Source: Desulfobulbus propionicus DSM 2032 (lineage in GTDB: Bacteria; Desulfobacterota; Desulfobulbia; Desulfobulbales; Desulfobulbaceae). From it: DNA of 32,000 bases. Each line of letters starts with the position of its first letter. Position 1 is the first letter of the stretch. The position numbers were made by a program, and so were the translations under genes. Below the pieces are notes generated by a model. That model saw only the letters and a program-made list of their open reading frames with translations, had not been told where the DNA came from and made no database searches. The stretch lies in NCBI RefSeq assembly GCF_000186885.1, contig NC_014972.1, positions 2,610,001 through 2,642,000 of the forward strand, written 5' to 3'. Shown here piece by piece: positions 1 through 7,416 of the stretch.

Positions 1-1
1 A

Positions 2-1246
2 ACCCTGATCGACACCACGCCGGTTGAGTATTCTTCCGTGCCTTTTGTCGGCTATACCGGTGAAAAATTGATCATGCTGGTGATGCGCGATATCACCCAG
101 CGTAAAAATTTCGAACGGGAACTGTTGCAGTTCAACACCAGTATCGAAACCATTCTCCAGCAGAAAATCAGCGAGTTACAGGCCAGCGAGGAAACACGGA
201 TACGGCTCTCCCGTCAGGTCAACAGCCTCAAGACCCAATTGGGCTTTCACCACAAGGCAGACCAGATGGTCGGTCGCAGCCGCAAAATGCGCGAACTGCG
301 GGAAATGATCCATCAGGTCGCCGGATCGGACGCCACCATCCTCATCACCGGCGAATCGGGAACCGGCAAGGAACTGGTGGCCAACTTGCTCAAGGCCACC
401 AGCCAGCGGGAAGACAAGCCCTTCCTCAAGATCAACTGTAACGCCATCAACGATTCACTGCTGGAGGCCGATCTGTTCGGGTACGAGAAGGGAGCCTTCA
501 CCGGGGCCACCGCCCGCAAGGTCGGCAAATTCGAAGTGGTCGACGGCGGCACCATTTTTCTTGACGAGATCGGCGACATCAGCCCCCGGATGCAGGTTTC
601 CCTGTTGCGAGTGCTGCAGAACGGCGAGATCATCCGGGTCGGCGGCAACGAACCGATCAAGGTCGATGTCCGGGTAATCGCGGCCACCAACGTCGATTTG
701 GCCCAGGCGGTCAAGGACAAGAAATTTCGGCTCGATCTCTATTACCGCCTCAACATCATCAATATCGACATCCCGCCACTGCGGGAGCGGAAGGAAGACA
801 TCGTCGAGCTCGTTTCCTTCTTCGTCAACCACTACCGCGAGGCCTTCAAGAAGGAGATCGATTTCGTGCCCAAATCGATCATCAACCGCCTGCTGGCCCA
901 CGACTGGCCGGGCAATGTCCGCGAACTGGAGAATTTGATCCAACGGGCGGTGCTCATGGCCAAAGGGAAGATGATCACCGAGGCGGACCTGATTTTCGAC
1001 CAGGATCCGCGCATCGAGCAGCAGCGGGTCGACACCTTCAACATCGACGACAAGCTCGGCGCCTTGCCGTTGAAAGCCATCGTGGCCGATTTCGAGGCGG
1101 CCATCATCCATCGCGCCCTAGACAAATACAACGGCAACGTGTCCACCGCCGCCACCCAGCTCAAACTCGGCAAGACCGCCCTGTACGACAAGATGAAACA
1201 GCACGGCATCTCGGCCAAGCACATCAAGCAAAGCAAAAGAAACTGA
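2..1246 (+). CDS. Sigma-54-dependent transcriptional activator (bEBP), 5'-truncated at the window edge: PAS tail + AAA+ sigma-54 interaction domain + Fis-type HTH
   Basis: The frame is open from nt 2, with no stop before the first Met at 38. Motifs: Walker A GESGTGKE, GAFTGA loop (YEKGAFTGA), Walker B TIFLDEIGD, C-terminal HTH (NVSTAATQLKLGKTALYDKMKQHGI). The N-terminal 'VMRDITQRK' is typical of the end of a PAS domain. Confidence 0.92.
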   Translation, partial: TLIDTTPVEYSSVPFVGYTGEKLIMLVMRDITQRKNFERELLQFNTSIETILQQKISELQASEETRIRLSRQVNSLKTQLGFHHKADQMVGRSRKMRELREMIHQVAGSDATILITGESGTGKELVANLLKATSQREDKPFLKINCNAINDSLLEADLFGYEKGAFTGATARKVGKFEVVDGGTIFLDEIGDISPRMQVSLLRVLQNGEIIRVGGNEPIKVDVRVIAATNVDLAQAVKDKKFRLDLYYRLNIINIDIPPLRERKEDIVELVSFFVNHYREAFKKEIDFVPKSIINRLLAHDWPGNVRELENLIQRAVLMAKGKMITEADLIFDQDPRIEQQRVDTFNIDDKLGALPLKAIVADFEAAIIHRALDKYNGNVSTAATQLKLGKTALYDKMKQHGISAKHIKQSKRN

Positions 1247-1363
1247 GCAAACAAAGACGAATTTTCTTCCGTTTCCCCTGCTGACCGCCCTGCTCTTCCT
1301 CCCAGGGTTTCCCCTCTTTTCTTTCTTGCCAGCCGCACTTATTTTTAACGCAAGAGCGATTGA

Positions 1364-1391
1364 GCCGCCACAAAGTGGTGGCGCTGTTTTC
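1364..1391 (+). terminator. Candidate intrinsic terminator after the sigma-54 activator gene
   Basis: Stem GCCGCCAC (1364-1371) / GTGGTGGC (1375-1382) has 8 bp including one G-U, with an AAA loop, followed by GCTGTTTTC. The U-tract is short and interrupted. Confidence 0.35.
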
Positions 1392-1435
1392 AACCCTCTT
1401 TTCAGCGCATGTCCCTCTCCCAAGCGAGGTGTCCC

Positions 1436-1861
1436 ATGACCGCATCCATCTTTACCTTTCTTGAGCAAATCGGCTTCACTCACCCGTTGCATCCCGGCCT
1501 GACCCATCTTCCCATGGGCATGGTCATGGGCTGTTTTTTCTTCAGCCTCGTGGCCTGGTTGGGCAAAAAGCCGGAGTTCAACCGCACCGCCCTGCACTGT
1601 GCGGCGCTCGGCCTGGTGTTCGTCGTGCCCACGGTGATTGCCGGCCTGCTCGACTGGCTGCACCGCTACGGGGGACAGATGCAGCCGCTGATCATCACCA
1701 AGATGGTCCTGGCGGCCCTGCTGCCGCTGCTGCTCGCCTGGGCCATCCGGCTCCACCACACCGCCGCCAAGGAAAACATGCTTGTCCTGGCCTATAGCCT
1801 CTGCCTGGCATGCGCCATCGGCCTTGGCTTTGCCGGCGGGGAACTGGTGTACGGCGGCTGA
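1436..1861 (+). CDS. Small polytopic membrane protein, DUF2231-like
   Basis: This is ORF 1409..1861. ATG 1436 is preferred because GAGGTG lies 6 nt upstream. There are four hydrophobic segments, and the N-terminal 'HPLHPGLTHLPMG' resembles the DUF2231 signature. The family assignment is from memory only. Confidence 0.6.
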   Translation: MTASIFTFLEQIGFTHPLHPGLTHLPMGMVMGCFFFSLVAWLGKKPEFNRTALHCAALGLVFVVPTVIAGLLDWLHRYGGQMQPLIITKMVLAALLPLLLAWAIRLHHTAAKENMLVLAYSLCLACAIGLGFAGGELVYGG

Positions 1862-1949
1862 CCCCCCTGCTCCCCTGCTTGCCCCTGCAGCGGCACCACA
1901 AGGGGAACCTTTTTCCGAGTAGTGCCCGACCAGACCCGAGAAGCAACGA

Positions 1950-3164
1950 TCAGAACAGAAGAAATTCCTTGAACTGGCCGCGCAGGCAATGATGTGATGC
2001 CATGGCCGAGGAATAGGCGCCGGCGTTGATCAGGGCGAGATGACTCTGGCTGCTCAGATCAGGCAGCCACGCCTGCTCATACCACACGTCCAGGGCTTCG
2101 TTGATATTGCCCACCACACTCATCTCGGTGCAGGGTGACGGGTCGTAGCGCAACGGTAATGGCTGAAACGGCAGGGCGTAGTAGGCTGGTTCCGGGGCGA
2201 TGTTGAACCCGGCATCGACGCCGACAAAGGTTCGGTCTTTTTTTCGTTCGACAAAGGTCTTTTCCACCAGCAGCAGCCCCGCATCCTTGAGCAGGTAGTC
2301 GCCCGGCTCGATTTCCACATGCAGCCCACGGCCGGCAAATTGGCCTTGGAGGATTGCCGCCCATCTATCCAGGTCCAGCGGTCGATCCGAGTCGAGATGG
2401 GGGACCCCCAGACCGCCGCCGATATTGACCCGCTCCACCTCTCCCGCCGCCTCGACAAAGCGAAAACAGTGAGCGATGATCCGTTCCAGCTGTTCGAGTT
2501 GCGGTGTCAGGTAGCCGCAGCCGGTGTGGAAATGAATCTTACGGACCTGCAGGTCATAGGCTTTGGCTGTTTCCAGGGCCTCGGCAAACTGTTCCCAGTA
2601 AATGCCGAACTTGGTGGTGGTCGCACCGGCATAGTGGAGTTTGTCGTTGGCCGCCCGCCCGATGCCCATGGCCGGATTGACCCGCAGACCGATCTGTGTT
2701 CCCGGCTTCAGCGCCCCCCAACAGCGGATCGCATGCAGCGAATCGCAGTCCATGAACAGGCCCGGATAACGGGCCAGTGCGGTCAGGTCGCGCGTCGACA
2801 GGCTGGTGGCGGTGAACGAAATCTGCGCGGGCGAGAAGCCGCAACTGACCGCGTGTTCCACCTCGGCGGGCGAGCAGGCGTCGATGCCGCACAATCCGCT
2901 CTGCCTGAGAAAGGTCAGCAGCGGGGCGAAGCGGTTGGCCTTCATGGCATAGAGAAGGGAGAAACGCCCGGCCAGGCCGGCGCCGCTGAGGGCTGCGTGC
3001 AACCGTTCAAGATTCTGCCGGACCCGCTCGGCCGAGTAAACAAAGGCAGGGGTGCCGAACTGATCGGCCAGCTCCTGGACCGGCCGCCCGGCAAAAAAAA
3101 GCCGCCCCTCCCGGTAGCAGAGATCCTGCCGCTGCCACCAGCTGTAATACGCGTCCTGGTTCAC
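1950..3164 (-). CDS. Fold-type III PLP-dependent decarboxylase, Orn/DAP/Arg decarboxylase (LysA-like) family
   Basis: Motifs: YAMKAN (PLP lysine), IHFHTGCG, GGGLGVP, EPGDYL, and a C-terminal NAGAYSSAMAS. The start is placed at GTG 3164, which overlaps the upstream SET gene stop as GTGA (3161-3164). The 32 extra codons of the track ORF (to 3260) are Arg/Pro/Ala-rich and lie inside the SET CDS. Confidence 0.85.
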   Translation of the reverse strand: MNQDAYYSWWQRQDLCYREGRLFFAGRPVQELADQFGTPAFVYSAERVRQNLERLHAALSGAGLAGRFSLLYAMKANRFAPLLTFLRQSGLCGIDACSPAEVEHAVSCGFSPAQISFTATSLSTRDLTALARYPGLFMDCDSLHAIRCWGALKPGTQIGLRVNPAMGIGRAANDKLHYAGATTTKFGIYWEQFAEALETAKAYDLQVRKIHFHTGCGYLTPQLEQLERIIAHCFRFVEAAGEVERVNIGGGLGVPHLDSDRPLDLDRWAAILQGQFAGRGLHVEIEPGDYLLKDAGLLLVEKTFVERKKDRTFVGVDAGFNIAPEPAYYALPFQPLPLRYDPSPCTEMSVVGNINEALDVWYEQAWLPDLSSQSHLALINAGAYSSAMASHHCLRGQFKEFLLF

Positions 3165-3634
3165 CGCAGCGCCTGGTTGAGGTGCAGCTGCTGTGCCAGG
3201 GCGCCGTCGTGCATCTCCTTCCTGCCGGTGATCCATCCGCGGCAGTTGGCCGATCCGCACGAACAGGGAAACTGCTTGAACAGCACATCCTCGGTTTCGG
3301 CATAATCCATGTAGAGAAAACTGTTGGCCGGAATCTCCTTGAGGGCGGTCACGGTCAGATTGACCATGTCCAGCGAGATGTTCGGCGCACAGGAATGGAG
3401 GAAAAAACCAGAAAAATAGGGATCATAGAGATGGGTATCCGGGGTAATTTGCAGGGTGTGCTGGCGAATTTCATGCACGATATACCCTGCCATCCGGGCG
3501 ATGATCTCGCCTTGTTTGAAGGCGCGGAAGGCAATCACGCCTCGACCGGCCAATTCATCCTTAAAGACAACGGCAAAATCAGAATGCTTGGGAAAGAGCG
3601 GGTCTTTCCCGAACTGGTCCGGTGGGTAAAGCAT
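3161..3634 (-). CDS. SET-domain protein (putative lysine methyltransferase fold) with a post-SET Cys cluster
   Basis: Motifs: GRGVIAFRAFKQGEII, LHSCAPN (NHSCxPN-like), LYMDYAE, and post-SET CSCGSANCRG. RBS GGAGAC lies 8 nt upstream of ATG 3634. Confidence 0.85.
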   Translation of the reverse strand: MLYPPDQFGKDPLFPKHSDFAVVFKDELAGRGVIAFRAFKQGEIIARMAGYIVHEIRQHTLQITPDTHLYDPYFSGFFLHSCAPNISLDMVNLTVTALKEIPANSFLYMDYAETEDVLFKQFPCSCGSANCRGWITGRKEMHDGALAQQLHLNQALR

Positions 3635-4009
3635 GTGGGACGTCTCCAGAAATAATGAAGCAACAAAACCGATCAGCAGGGAATCCGCCGACCAGGGAAT
3701 TCAAGCAGCGCTCTATACAGCTCTCGGAGGCGCCTGACAAGCTTTATCCATCTATTTTTCATAATTTTAACAAATTGTTTATAGTATTGTTTTTACAATA
3801 TTTATTCCAAAATTGTCTCGTTACATCCCTGCTTTTTGCGTTGGAATTGCTACCCAATGGGCCACTCCACCTCCCAGTTCCCGTTCGTTTGCGTCCCACC
3901 CTTTCTTCCGCTCTAAAAAATACATCCCCTCTTCCTTTCACGGGTCAATTTGGATAGGATGGCCACCATATCCATCTTTTTCCTTCTTCCAAGCAATTGA
4001 GGTGTTTCC

Positions 4010-5005
4010 ATGTCAAACTGGTTTGTTGCCGTGGACGGCAAATCCCTTGGACCTTTCACCATTCAACAGATGCTCGGCGCTCTTGCCTCGGGGCAGTACA
4101 ATGCAGCCACCATGGTCTGGCGCGATGGCTTTGCCGACTGGATACCCGCAGGACGGGTGCCGGAACTGCAAGCCGGCCAGGCCGCACCGCCCCCCCCGCC
4201 CTTTTCCGGCAAGGAAGCCCACGAGATCGATTACACCATCTTCGGCAACGAGATGCAGTTCGTGGAAATCGAACTCGATTCCCAAGAAAGCGTGATCTCC
4301 GAGGCCGGGGCCATGATGTACATGCACGATCAGGTGGTGATGGAAACGGTGTTCGGCGACGGTTCCCGGAATTCGGGTTCCGGCACCTTTTTCGACAAAA
4401 TGCTCGGAGCGGGCAAGCGACTGATCACCGGCGAGGGACTGTTCATCACCATGTTCACCTATACCGGCGCCGGCAAGGGCAAGGTGGCCTTTGCCGCGCC
4501 CTATCCGGGCAAGATCATCCCCTTGGATCTGACCAAATACAATGGCCGGATCATCTGCCAGAAGGACGCCTTTCTCTGCGCGGCCAAGGGGGTTTCGGTG
4601 GGGATTGCCTTTCAGCGAAAAATCGGGGTCGCCCTGTTCGGCGGCGAGGGATTCATCATGCAGCAGCTGGACGGCGACGGTTTGGTGTTCGTCCACGCCG
4701 GCGGCACCATCGTCGAAAAGGAGCTGGCCGCGGGCGAAACCCTGCGGGTGGATACCGGCTGCCTCGTGGCCTTGACAGCCAGCGTCAACTATGACATCGA
4801 ATTTGTCGGCAACGTCAAATCGGCAATCTTCGGCGGGGAGGGATTCTTCTTTGCCAACCTGCGCGGCCCTGGCCACGTCTGGCTGCAATCGCTGCCTTTC
4901 TCGCGGCTTGCCGGCCGCATCTGGGAAGCAGCGCCCCAGACCGGGGGAGGCGGCCAGGGGGAAGGTTCGGTGCTGGGGGGGATTGCCAATATTTTTGAGC
5001 GGTGA
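4010..5005 (+). CDS. GYF_2 (DUF4339) N-terminal domain + Pro-rich linker + AIM24/DUF124 (TIGR00266-like) domain protein
   Basis: 'WFVAVDGKSLGPFTIQQM...MVWRDGFADWIPAGRVPEL' is the GYF_2 pattern. 'IDYTIFGNEMQFVEIELDSQESVISEAGAMMYM...' and the C-terminal 'GPGHVWLQSLPFSRLA' fit AIM24/DUF124. RBS GAGGTG lies upstream. Confidence 0.85.
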   Translation: MSNWFVAVDGKSLGPFTIQQMLGALASGQYNAATMVWRDGFADWIPAGRVPELQAGQAAPPPPPFSGKEAHEIDYTIFGNEMQFVEIELDSQESVISEAGAMMYMHDQVVMETVFGDGSRNSGSGTFFDKMLGAGKRLITGEGLFITMFTYTGAGKGKVAFAAPYPGKIIPLDLTKYNGRIICQKDAFLCAAKGVSVGIAFQRKIGVALFGGEGFIMQQLDGDGLVFVHAGGTIVEKELAAGETLRVDTGCLVALTASVNYDIEFVGNVKSAIFGGEGFFFANLRGPGHVWLQSLPFSRLAGRIWEAAPQTGGGGQGEGSVLGGIANIFER

Positions 5006-5026
5006 GAAAAAGCCTTTGATAAGCAT

Positions 5027-5065
5027 CGATAGGGTTGTTTTCGCTGACAGATGGCAACCCTATCG
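5027..5065. repeat. Perfect 11-bp inverted repeat CGATAGGGTTG / CAACCCTATCG with a 17-nt spacer
   Basis: Read directly: the arms are at 5027-5037 and 5055-5065. It sits between the AIM24 gene stop (5005) and the start of the AT-rich islet. No U-tract follows. Confidence 0.7.
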
Positions 5066-5092
5066 CCTTACATCACTTTAGGATAAAATGTT

Positions 5093-5672
5093 TTGATTCA
5101 ATATATTCTGCTCGTTGATTTTGAAAATGTGCAACAGGTCGATCTTTCTAAGCTCAAGGATGATACGAGTGTCATTATCTTTCTTGGAGCAAATCAAAAG
5201 AATATCCCGACAGAAATGGTCACCTCCGCGCAACGTCTCGGTAGCCGCATAGAGTGGAGGCAAATTGAGGGTAATGGCAACAATGCCCTAGATTTCCATA
5301 TTGCCTGCCATTTAGGCCGCATTCTGGAGCCCCCCCCAAGTCCGTTGTATAGTTTTATCCAAAGATAAGGGTTTTGACCCTCTTCTTCGTTTTCTCAACA
5401 AGAGCGGTCTTAAATGCAAGCGCATAAACAGCCTCCTCGAACTTGACCCAAAATCTGCAACGGCCGATGACCCTAACTACAAAAGAGTCATTGAAATTTT
5501 AGGAAAATCGGAGAAGAAAACCCGTCCTCGCAAAAGAAAGGCGCTAGCACAACATATTTGTTCAATTTTTCAGAAAAAAATCACCCAAAATGATGTGGAA
5601 AAAATTATCGATATGCTTTTTGCTCATGGAATGATTACTGAATCCAACAATACTATTTCCTATAGATTCTAA
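5093..5672 (+). pseudogene. PIN-like/NYN-like domain protein gene interrupted by a frameshift in a C8 homopolymer
   Basis: Part 1 (TTG 5093..5368) reads MIQYILLVDFENV...NALDFHIACHLGRILEPPP, then junk and a stop. A second frame, open from about 5328 to TAA 5670-5672, reads ..QVRCIVLSKDKGFDPLLRFLNKSGLKCKRINS...TISYRF. Removing one C from the run at 5330-5337 joins the two into a single protein of about 190 aa. The PIN-like assignment is from remembered homolog patterns (LxVDxENV ... NALDFHI ... SKDKGFDPL). Confidence 0.7.
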
Positions 5673-5708
5673 CATCTTGTTTTTAAAATTAAATTTTTAT
5701 TCAGACAA

Positions 5709-6410
5709 CTACCTTCCAACTGATCCTTGCTCCTCGATGAAGGATTGCATTTCCCGGCTGAGGCCAAGCTGCCGGGCCAGGGTGTCGAGCCAGGCGCGTT
5801 CCGCCTCGGTATCGACCTCGATGGCGGCCACCGCCAGCATGTACATGGTTTTGGCCACCGAGGGATCGGTGATGCCGGCGGTCAGCGCCTCGATACTTTG
5901 CGGCCGGTGCAATTCGTTGAGCAAAAACATCTTTTCCTCCTGACTGAGATCGGCTCCGCGCAGCCTATCGAGTACCGCCCGTTCTTCCTCCGCATCCATC
6001 GCACCATCGGCATGGGCTGCCGCAACCATCACCTGAATCATGCGCACCGCGAGTTCCGCCCCGGTCGCAGGGCTGGCGAGGGGCGCGCCTGCCGACGCGT
6101 GCGAGGCCGTCGGGCTGCCAGGTATCGGCGGCGGACTGCTTGCCGTGCCGCCAAGGGGTGGTGGCGGCACGGTGAACGATCCACCGCCCGGAGGAGGAGG
6201 CGGCACCTGTCCCGCGAGACCGGCAGGATTTTTTTGCCCCTGCTGCTTCAAAATCTCATAGGCGCCGACACCCAAGCCGATGATGGTCATCAGGCCCGAT
6301 CCAGACCCCAAGCCCTTCAGCATCGATTTCTTGCCGCCGCCCCACGAACCGCTGCTTTTGCCGACCACCTCGCCCACAATTTTTCCCAACAACTTTTCCG
6401 CGTCAAACAT
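5709..6410 (-). CDS. DUF533 / TerB-like (tellurite-resistance TerB family) protein with a Gly-rich segment, one hydrophobic helix and a Pro-rich linker
   Basis: The C-terminal 'MIQVMVAAAHADGAMDAEEERAVLDRL...TMYMLAVAAIEVDTEAERAWLDTLARQLGL' is the paired TerB-like repeat typical of DUF533. The start is set at ATG 6410 (MFDAEKLLGKIVG...). The 70 upstream codons of the track ORF look non-coding. Confidence 0.8.
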   Translation of the reverse strand: MFDAEKLLGKIVGEVVGKSSGSWGGGKKSMLKGLGSGSGLMTIIGLGVGAYEILKQQGQKNPAGLAGQVPPPPPGGGSFTVPPPPLGGTASSPPPIPGSPTASHASAGAPLASPATGAELAVRMIQVMVAAAHADGAMDAEEERAVLDRLRGADLSQEEKMFLLNELHRPQSIEALTAGITDPSVAKTMYMLAVAAIEVDTEAERAWLDTLARQLGLSREMQSFIEEQGSVGR

Positions 6411-6555
6411 GGATTCACCTGAATGAAGGATTGATCTCCGCCGCCCGCCCCGCTCCTCCGCGGCCGCCCTGCATTTGTCGTTGCCCCGGTCTCCCCTCGG
6501 GATACATTCTCCGCCTGATCGGGAGGCTTGCATCTTTCCGCGCGAGAAATTCAGC

Positions 6556-6585
6556 TTGTCGAGCGCGTTGATTGTCACGTATAAT
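6556..6585 (+). promoter_or_regulatory. Candidate sigma-70 promoter for the SprA-related gene
   Basis: TTGTCG (6556-6561), an 18-nt spacer, then a perfect TATAAT (6580-6585), about 35 nt upstream of ATG 6620. Confidence 0.35.
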
Positions 6586-6619
6586 ATTTTTAAATTAACG
6601 CATTCTTCCTTTCCTGCCA

Positions 6620-7369
6620 ATGCTTGCGACCGTCACCACCAGCAACGCCTCCCTTGTCAACACCTACGACCGAAGCGGTAGAACGATTTCTCCTCTTCGC
6701 TCGCAGCCCGCACACCCCATTGCGCCCGCCGGAGAGATCGACGCCGCACGGGAACAGAAGGCGGATACCGTTACCCTTTCCCCACAAGGGCTCGACAAAT
6801 CGCGGCAGGCACAGGCTCGTGACGGCGCGGAGTCATCATCTGCGGCTCCTGACACTAAAGACCGCCAAGCTCGGTCTGGCGCGGGCCAGGCGGACGGTGA
6901 AGAACTGACGGTGGAAGACCAAAAGGTGGTCCAACAGCTCAAGGAACGGGATCGCGAGGTCAGGGCCCACGAGATGGCTCATTTGGCCAGCGCCGGGCAG
7001 CATGCCCGGGGCGGCCCCACGTATACTTACCAGCAAGGCCCGGATGGTCGCCGCTATGCCATCGGCGGTGAAGTGCCGATCGACGTCAGCGAGGAAAAGT
7101 CGCCCGAGGAAACCATCGAGAAGATGCAGGCCGTCAAGCGGGCCGCCATGGCTCCGGCCGAGCCTTCATCAACGGATCGCGGCATCGCCGCCGCCGCTGC
7201 CGCCCTGGAAAGCAAGGCCCGCCAGGAAATGCAGACCGAGCAGGCCGAAGAATCGCCGCAACAGACAGCCACCGGCGAACCGGCGGCAACAGATCCAACG
7301 GTCCAAGCTACCTCCGAAGGCCAAGCTCCCCAACGACGTCCCACACGATCCCTGGACGTTCTCGCCTAA
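6620..7369 (+). CDS. SprA-related family protein (putative metalloprotease, HEMAH motif)
   Basis: 'EDQKVVQQLKERDREVRAHEMAHLASAGQHARGGPTYTYQQGPDGRRYAIGGEVPID' matches the remembered SprA-related (CJM1_0395-like) core. The flanks are low-complexity and acidic/Ala-rich. Confidence 0.8.
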   Translation: MLATVTTSNASLVNTYDRSGRTISPLRSQPAHPIAPAGEIDAAREQKADTVTLSPQGLDKSRQAQARDGAESSSAAPDTKDRQARSGAGQADGEELTVEDQKVVQQLKERDREVRAHEMAHLASAGQHARGGPTYTYQQGPDGRRYAIGGEVPIDVSEEKSPEETIEKMQAVKRAAMAPAEPSSTDRGIAAAAAALESKARQEMQTEQAEESPQQTATGEPAATDPTVQATSEGQAPQRRPTRSLDVLA

Positions 7370-7416
7370 CCCCTTCGACGCCCTGTGTCTTCATTCACCG
7401 ACTTTTCCTTTTCCCC

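Noticed and set aside
3165-3260. ATG 3260 as the start of the decarboxylase (track ORF 1950..3260)
   Set aside because: It would overlap the SET CDS by 100 nt, and the extra residues are Arg/Pro/Ala-rich with no family similarity. GTG 3164 in a GTGA stop/start overlap is more plausible. This is not proven.
4013-5026. 337-aa ORF on the - strand
   Set aside because: It is antisense to the GYF_2-AIM24 gene and is a shadow ORF.
6411-6620. N-terminal 70-codon extension of the DUF533 ORF
   Set aside because: The extension covers the divergent promoter region and reads as junk (…CIPRGDRGNDKCRAAAEERGGRRR…). The conserved protein begins at MFDAEKLL (ATG 6410).
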